Virus record (IMG/VR): IMGVR_UViG_3300025771_003046
Direction: 5' to 3' (one strand)
Length of the DNA stretch: 64,000 nt
From: an uncultured virus (IMG/VR IMGVR_UViG_3300025771_003046)
Taxonomy: Duplodnaviria; Heunggongvirae; Uroviricota; Caudoviricetes
Shown here: piece after piece, positions 38,101-47,100 of the stretch
How the letters are laid out: each line of letters begins with the position of its first letter
Numbering within the stretch: position 1 is the stretch's first letter
Notes under the pieces: generated by a model
Told to the model about the DNA's origin: nothing
Database searches by the model: none
Seen by the model: the letters and a program-made list of their open reading frames with translations, nothing else
Position numbers and translations under genes: made by a program

Positions 38101-41100
38101 AATTAGTTGCAGTTGTTACTGATCATATTGACGCAGACGGTGTAGCATTAGCTTCTTTAGATACAGTTATACTTGCCAGCCCTGCCGACGACGATGAAAT
38201 TCTAACAGTATCTGAAATTGAAGCAGTTGACGACGAAGCAATTAATGATACAATATTCTATCTACAAGATGCATTTGTACTACTAGACTTTAACGAGTCT
38301 AAGTGCTACAGAGATACAGGTATTATTATTGATGCTGTTGTAGATGACATGGTACTAGGAACAAATTATAAATCAGTAGTTTCTGGTAGAACATATTCAA
38401 TGGATTCAGCGGCACTTGTTATTGCGGATCAAAAAGTAGAAACATTAGCAGCAATAAATCATGCAAGAGACGAAGCACTAGGATTTATCAATGACTTTTC
38501 GTCTAATGCTTCAAAAGTTACAGCATATAATAGAGTACAGTCAAACTTTAATTTGATCTCTGATTTAATTAGTAAGTCAGAGTATGCATTTAAATCATAT
38601 ACAGTAGTAGACGCAGATTACAATCCGACGGCTGCTGGTAACTATGGTAGTACTTCTACTCCTGCAAACAGAGTTATGACATTAACAATTGGCCAGCATA
38701 GTTTTACAACATCAGATACAGTTGTAATTGCTCCTAATAGTTTAACATTCCAGTGTTATTCAAGTGGTGATAATGAGTTCCAAACTATTACACATCCAAG
38801 AGAAGTAGCAGGTCAAAGTGCAGATCCAAATGCAGTATCTCCAGGTTCAGATCCAGCATTTGAAACTCCAGTAGATATTGTTGCAGTTACAGACACTACA
38901 ATTACAGTAGACGTTGGTGTAAATACTGGTGCTGGTAATGTTGAGCATACATTTATTAGTGCTACAGAAAATGGTATAACATATGGTAATTCGTTTATTA
39001 ATTATCCAATGCCAACAAATGTTCTACCAGAAATAAACAGAGCGTTTACAAACATCAAGAAAAACAAAGCATATTTGATTGAAGAAGCAGTTGCTCATAT
39101 CGATCAAAACTATCCGTTACTAGGATACGACAGAGGAACATGCGAAAGAGATATCGGACTTATAATTGATGCTGTGTCATACGATGCAATGTTTGACTCA
39201 AACTTCCGTTCAATTACAGCTGGTAAAGCATATCTAAGAGGTGTTATACAAGTTATAACAGGTGATGTACTTGTAGATGAAACAACTACTACAACAGGTA
39301 TTACTGGTACACTATTAACAATGGATCCAACTAAAACAGTAGTAAATCCAGGTGACGAGTTAACAGTTCTACCAACTGAGCAAAAAATTGCAACACTAGA
39401 ATCATTTAGAAAACTAAGAGATTTACTTGTTCAGATTACATTTGATAATGATACAAAGGCACGTGTAGTAGACCGTATGGATCTTATTATAGATATTGTA
39501 CAAGATGGCGAATCAGTAATTCCAGCAGTAAGTATTCCTACAGCAAACATTACAACTAACGACACAGTAAACTATACAGAAAACTTTAATGCAACTGGTG
39601 TTCCAGAAACAATTACAAACATTGAAAATTCGAGAGAATTTATTATTGCAGAAACAAAGGCATTTATTGATACTAACTTCCCAGCATTATTATCAACTGA
39701 TGCTAACGGTAATATTGTCCGAGACTATAATGCAAACGACAAGTGTGAAAGAGACGTAGGTCTTATATTAGATGCACTAAAATATGACTTAACATATGGC
39801 GGTAATATGGAAACCTTAATAGCTGGTAAAGCATACTTCTCAGATGTTGTTGCATCAGCAGATGGACCAGTTGATTTATTAGGTTCACGTTCAGTAAACA
39901 TAGATATTGTTAATGCTGGTGGTATTCAACTGATTAATCCAATTACAATTACAACATCTATTAAACATGGCTTAGTTGATGGATCACAAGTAACACTACT
40001 AGATATTAGTGGCGTTGTTGAACTAACAGGTAAAACTTTCTTTGTTAAGAAAGTAAGCGACACAGTGTTTGAATTATATGATGATGCAGCCCTAACAATC
40101 CCATTAGACGGTACTACTGGATTTACAGCATATGCTAACTTAGGTGGTACTGTAAGAGTTAATGCAGCAGAAGTAATTGCTACTGTAGAGTCTTATAACT
40201 TCCTAGCAGATCTAATATTGACACTAGGTAATGGTGTTGCTCCAGTTAATCCACAGCAAACAATTGTTACAGCAGGAGCACTGACAACAACTAACAGTCC
40301 AAATGGTACTAGAGCAAAATCACTTGTTGACGATATTATTACTATAATTGAAAACGATAGCTCTGTTCCAGTTGAGTTGCTTGCAGATCCAAGTTGGGTC
40401 ACTGGCTACAATGCAACCGAAACATATCCGTTAGAATTAAATGGCACCGATCTTTATTCAGACTTCTTGATTATGCAAGGTGAAAAAGATGATATACAAT
40501 CAGAAATTACAAGATTTATTGAAGCAAACTTTGCTTATGATAAAAAAGTATGCCGTAGAGATATGGGATACATTATTGATGCTACATTATTTGATGGACT
40601 ATACAACGGTAACAGTGCAAGTTATGATGCAGCAAGACAATACTATACACAAGGTAAACTAGTTATTCCAGCAATCCAGCGTAAAGCAACAGGTGACGCA
40701 ATGGAACTTCTTAGAAAGCGTATAGGTGATGTACTACGTTCAAACAGAGTTGTTGCAGAACAACTTCCAACATCGCCGACATTAGTGCTACAAGATACAA
40801 CTACTCCAGCAGCCACAATTACTGAAATTCTAAGAATTCAGAAAAACTTTGATGTACTTGAAAGTCAAATACGTAGAGATTATTTCATCAATGACTTTAT
40901 TGATGTAATTGATCCTGACTTTAATCTTCAAACAGAAACAGCAAACAAAATTAGAAATAAGATACTTGCTGAAAAAGAAAACCTACAGGTTAAAACAATT
41001 AAATTTATCGATACAACATTTAGAGAATTCCGTTTTGATAGAGAAGTTTGCTCAAGAGATGTAGGACTTATTTTAGATGCAGTTGCAATGGATGTTGCAC

Positions 41101-44100
41101 TAGGTACTAACTATAATTCAATTATTGCAGGTCTATCATATCAAAGAGGTAGTTTGTCAATTGGTACTGTTAAAGATGAGCAGAAGCCACAAACAATAGC
41201 AGCTATTGAATTCCTAAAAACAGAAACACTAGCAATTTCAGGACTGTCAGCAACAGGTATTGCAAGAGCAACAGCAGCATTTGATGAAATTATAGACATC
41301 TTTACAAATGGTGAAACAAGTACTAGAACAGCAGCAGATGCAATTACATATCCAGTTCCGACAGGTGTTGATACTAACAAACAAAACTCACATGACTTGT
41401 TACGTGCTAACAGAGACTTTATATCTGAAGAGATTATTGAATGGATTGAAGATAACTTTACAAACTTTGAATATGATGAGTTTAAGTGTGAAAGAGACAC
41501 AAGAATTATACTAGATGCAATTGCACTAGACGCAGCTCTAAATACAAACTATAACACAATTACAGTAGCACTTGCATACAAGCGTGTAAATGCACAACTA
41601 GTAATTACAGATCAGTTGATACAAACTGTAGCAGCTATGGATTATCTACGCAAATTAGTAGACGAAAACAAAGATCTAAGTGTTATTGGTCGTGCAAGAA
41701 TGACACGTTTAATCGATGATATTATAGAAATTGTACAATCAGATACAACTGACTTAGATGTATTTGACAGTACAAACTTTGATAGTACACTACTTAACGC
41801 ATACGAAAACATTGAAATGAATGCACCTAAAAATGCAACACAAGATGAAATCGATGCCAAAGAGCAGTTAAAACTTAACAAAGAATTCTTAGCAAGTGAA
41901 GTATTAGCGTTTATCAACTTAAACAATCCGACACTAGACTATGTTGAAGCTAAGTGTAAAAGAGACGTTAAATTCTTACTTGATGCAGCAGCATTTGACT
42001 TACTATACGGTGGTAACTCAGCAACTGTACAAGCGGCTAATAGCTACTTTGTAGGAACAGCTAACCAGTTAGGTGATGACGAAGTACAAGCAACAATCGA
42101 TGCTTATAACCATTTAAAAACTGTTATTGAACCAGTTGTACTTGCAACTAGTGAAGATAACAATCCAGTATATGTACCAACAGCTGGTAATAGTATGCGT
42201 CAAATTATCGAAAGTGATCCAGGAACAGCTACTGAAGTTGCAGCTATTCAAGCATCGCTTGATATTGTTATTGCTAGAATACAAGGCACACCGACACCAA
42301 CACTAGTTAAGCCAAGTTTAACAGGTGCTGATGCTAACTTAATTAAAGACTTTAATGAAATATCAGAGACTGCTTCAGTAGAAGCACAGAAAGTTGTAGA
42401 TTATGTAAATGATCAATTTGCAAACTTTACATATGATATTGACAAGTGTGCAAGAGATGTTAAACTAGTTGTACTAGGCGCAGCAATTGACTTAGAGTAT
42501 TCAACTAACTATAACAGTGTAACTAATGGTCTTTCATACCTAAGAGGAAATGCTAAGAAAGTTTCAAACGCATTCCAAAAAGCAATTACACTAGCCGCAC
42601 TTGATAAACTAAAAACACTAGCAGCTACAACTATCGGAACAGGTACAGGTTATGCAGCAGCAGTAACAGCAGTTAATGCAAGTATTGATACAGTAAAAAC
42701 AATATTTGATGAAGGTTTAGTTGGCATAACACCAACAAACGCTGTATATGATCCAACAACAGGTGTTATGGATCTTACAATTGGCGAGCATACATTCATA
42801 CAAGGTGATACAATTACACTAGAGCCAGGCAGCTTGAAATTTACTTGTGCAAGTGACGGAAACAACGTTGTACAAGCATACCCAAGAACAAGTGATCCGG
42901 CATTTAATTATACACTAAAAATTATTGACACTGGTAAACTAACAATAAGTGTAAACGTTGGAGTATCATCAGAAACATCAGCGCACACATTTATTACAGC
43001 AGATGAAAAAGCAATTAAAACTGGTGCTCTTCCAAATGCAGTTCCGGCGCTAACATTTGCAGGTATAGATGCAACAAATGACTCGGCTTATGCAGCAAAA
43101 GCAATACTTGCTAACAAAGCGTTTATTGCAGCAGAGATGTCAGCATATGTTGTAAATGATCCTAACTTTATACTAGTTGGTAACTACGATGAAACAAAAT
43201 GTCGTAGAGATTCAAATAATATATTAGATGCAGTTGCATTAGATTTGCGTACAGGTTCAAACTATAACTCACTATATGCAGGTATTGCATACACAAGAGC
43301 AAATAGTGATTATGTAATTAGTGCCCAAAAATCAGCAACAATAGCAGCTATTGAATTCTTAAGAGATACTGTAAAAGCACTATCAAATGTTGATGCAGCA
43401 GCAGACACAAGAATTGATTCACTATTTGCAATTATTATCGCAGCAATTAACAGTGGCGCTACAAGCACGTTGCTTCCAGGAGGCGCTACAGGCGTTCCAC
43501 TATTAAGTCTTCCAACTCCGAATACTCCAATTGCAGGCGGCGCAGATGCAGCAGCACGTTTAACATATAACAGAGATGCGTTAGCAGAAGAAGTACTAGA
43601 ACACATTAACCAAAATGCAAATGCTATATACCTATCTATGGATCAAGCTAAATGTTCAAGAGATGTAAAATACATTGTTGAAGGACTAGCACATGATGCA
43701 GTATATGGTGGTAACATTGGTGCTAAACTAAATGGCGAAGCATACTTTGTAGGTAACGATACTGAACAGTTAGGCATTGGTCAAAGATCTGCAACAGTAG
43801 CAGCATATCAACATCTTGCACAAGTAATAGAGCAGTTAGTCGGCGCAGGTGTAGCTGATGCTGGATTCACTAGCGTAATATTAGTAGCTAACCCAACTCA
43901 AGCGTGGAGTGATAATTCAGTACCTAATGCAGCAACAATAGCAACTTACTTAGCAGACAGTTCAACTGGGTTAATTGAAACTTGCATAGTTGCACCTATT
44001 AATGCAAACAAATTGGCTAACTTCTACACACCAACAGCGGCATCATATGTTCCAACTACAGGTGTACTAACACTTACTGTAACTGGTAATCCGTTCTCAA

Positions 44101-47100
44101 ATGGTGATACAATTAGACTAGCAGAACGTAGCATTGGATTTAAATGTCAAAGTGATGGATTTAGAAAAGTATTCTACTATCCAAGAACAACTGATCCAGC
44201 ACTTAACTCAGACTTAACAATAAGTAACGTAGTAGGTGATAGTTTTGACGTCCAGATTGGTGTATCATCAGAAGAAAGTACACATCAGTTCGTAGGACCA
44301 GCTACAAATGCAATCATTGATAGCACATTACCAGATGATGTACAACCAGCAAGTGCTCAGTATGTAACAACTGTATCGTTCACAGATGCAGCAACAGCAA
44401 TTGTTGCAGGATCAGGAACAGCAGTAGATTCAACAATATCTTATATCAATTCAGATCTAAGCTTTAACCAAACTAAGTGTGAAAGAGACACAGGTTACAT
44501 TGTTGAAGCATTAACACATGATACATTGTACGGCGGCAATTATGCAACTACACAAGCAGCTCTAGCTTATAGAGTTGGTGTCGCAGGACAGTTAGGTAGT
44601 AATTCACCTGAAACTACAGCAACAGTAGCAGCATATGGTACACGTTTACCAGCAGTAGTACAAGCAATTGTTCAAGGCGATGCACTAACACCGTCAACAG
44701 GCAATTCAGTGACTCAAGTTGCAAATGCAAATACAGTAAGCCCGTGGACTAATGCTAATGCAACTATTGCAGCAGATATTCAAAATATTGTAGATGTTAT
44801 TGAGCATGGCGGTGATCCACTATCAGTTGATGCTTCGATGATAGCAGAAACTAACATAACTGAAGGTACAATATATGATGCAGAATCAGGTGTACTAACA
44901 CTAACACTTAGCGGCACATCTACAGGACTAGTAGCAGGTACAAGCACAATTAGACTAGCACGTAATAGTTTAACATTTACTTGTGCAAGTGATTCACATG
45001 CTACTTCATTAACATATCCAGACAAAGATAGTTTTGGTTATGATAGAGAATTAAGAGTATTAAGTGTTGCAGAAGCAGGTAACACAACTATTACTGTTAA
45101 CATAGGTAATGCACGTAAACTAGGTGCTACTTCAGCAGATAGAATACACAGATTTGTAAGTGCAGCAGCTAATGCAGTTGTATTACCAATTTCACCAACA
45201 AGACCAACTATAGCAAACACATTTGCTACATCACTTGTAACAAAAGCCGATGCAGCAAGCGATAACTTTGGTGATTTGATAAATGCATATCTACTATCAG
45301 ACTTCCCAACAAGCACATACGATAGAACACGTTGTAAGCGTGATGTAGGATTTATTGTAGACGCTCTATCATACGATGTACTATATGGCGGTAACAGCGC
45401 AATGCGTGAAGTTGCAAGAAGCTACTTTAGCTTTGGTCTAAACTTACTAGGTGATGATTCTAAAGAAACAGATGCAACAATATTTGCATATGAGCACCTA
45501 AGTAGTATTATTGGAGAGATTGTACAAGGTGTACAAGTAGGAAAAGCTACAGGTAACTTATTAGTACAAACATATGATACAGCAAGTACACTAGCAGAAG
45601 CAGCAGTTGCTCAAACACTACTAAAACTAGTTACAGATACAATTAGAGATAGAAGTGTTAATAAGCTAGATGAGCAAGAGCTACCAGATATTACTTGGGC
45701 AGCGTCAGAATTCCAAAATGACTTTGCAAGCATTACTTTTAACAAGTCAGTAGCACAAGCTGATACACTACAGTTTATTGACGATAGATACACAACATTT
45801 AGTTACGATCAGTTTAAGTGTTCAAGAGACGTTGGATTGATCTTAGATGCTGTTTTAGCTGATATGGTAATGGGTGGTAACTACCAGTCATTACTAGCAG
45901 GAAGCAGTTATTACAGAGCAAGTGCGTTTATTGTAAAAGGCGATCAGCTACCAGAAACAATTGAATCAATCAAATTCTTGAAGAAAGAAGTTGAGAAAAT
46001 CTTAACAGATCCATTGTTTACAGCAACAGTTGTTCCAGGTACATATCCTAACCCAACTATAAGAGCTATTACTCCGTTAGAAGCTATTGAAAATGCTAAA
46101 ACACTAACTGAAGTATTTGGTGATACGCAAGAGTATGCAGATCTTATTGCAAGATTTAATGATGTTCTTAGAGTTATGGAAAATGGACTAACTAACGCAG
46201 CTGAAGATCAAATACAATTTGTTGCTCCAACTGGAATTACAGGAACAAGAACTAATGCTAAAGACATATTACTTGCAAACAAAGAATTCTTTGTTGAAGA
46301 GTCAGTGGCGTTTATCAAAGAAAACTTCCCACTAATTGGATATGACAGACAGACTTGTGAAAGAGATGTAGGACTAGTTCTTGATGCTCTAGGGTTTGAC
46401 TTAATGTTTGGTTCAAATATGCGTAGTATTACAGCAGGTAGATCTTACTTTAGAGAAGGCGCTGCTGTTGTAAGTGCAGATCAAAAGAAAGCAACACTAG
46501 CAGCATTTGAATTCTTAAAAGTTAAAGCAGCAGAAGTTGTAAGCAGTGCAATACTATCAAATGGTTCTTACGTAGCACCAGGCGGAAATAAAGAATTTAT
46601 CATAACAGTAGGTGCTGACTCATATGAACAAAAACCAACTGGTGTATTCTACTTAGATGGTATAGAGCAGCCGATAATAGAACTAGATCCGGGTGCAGTA
46701 TATACCTTTAATCAAGATGATCCAACTAACGCTTACTTTGGCGATAATCGTCATCCTCTAGTGTTTAGCACAACAAGAGATGGTGATAATGCAGGTGGTA
46801 CAACTTATGACACTGGTATTGCTTACTACTTAGACGGTGTATCAGTTGACGAAGCACAGTACGAAAGAGGATTTGCTAGAGCAACACTACGTAGAGTAGA
46901 ACTTGATCTTAGAGGCAAGTATACAACAGAACTATACTATGCAGGCGGCGCCCGCAAAGGTATGGGTAACTTAATCTACGTAAAAGCAAAAACAACAGGT
47001 GAACCGATTAAAAAGTCTATACAAGATAATATGAATGTTATTCTTGCACTTCTTGATAGAGGTAATGTTACTTGGCAGCCATATGATGCAGAATATAAAA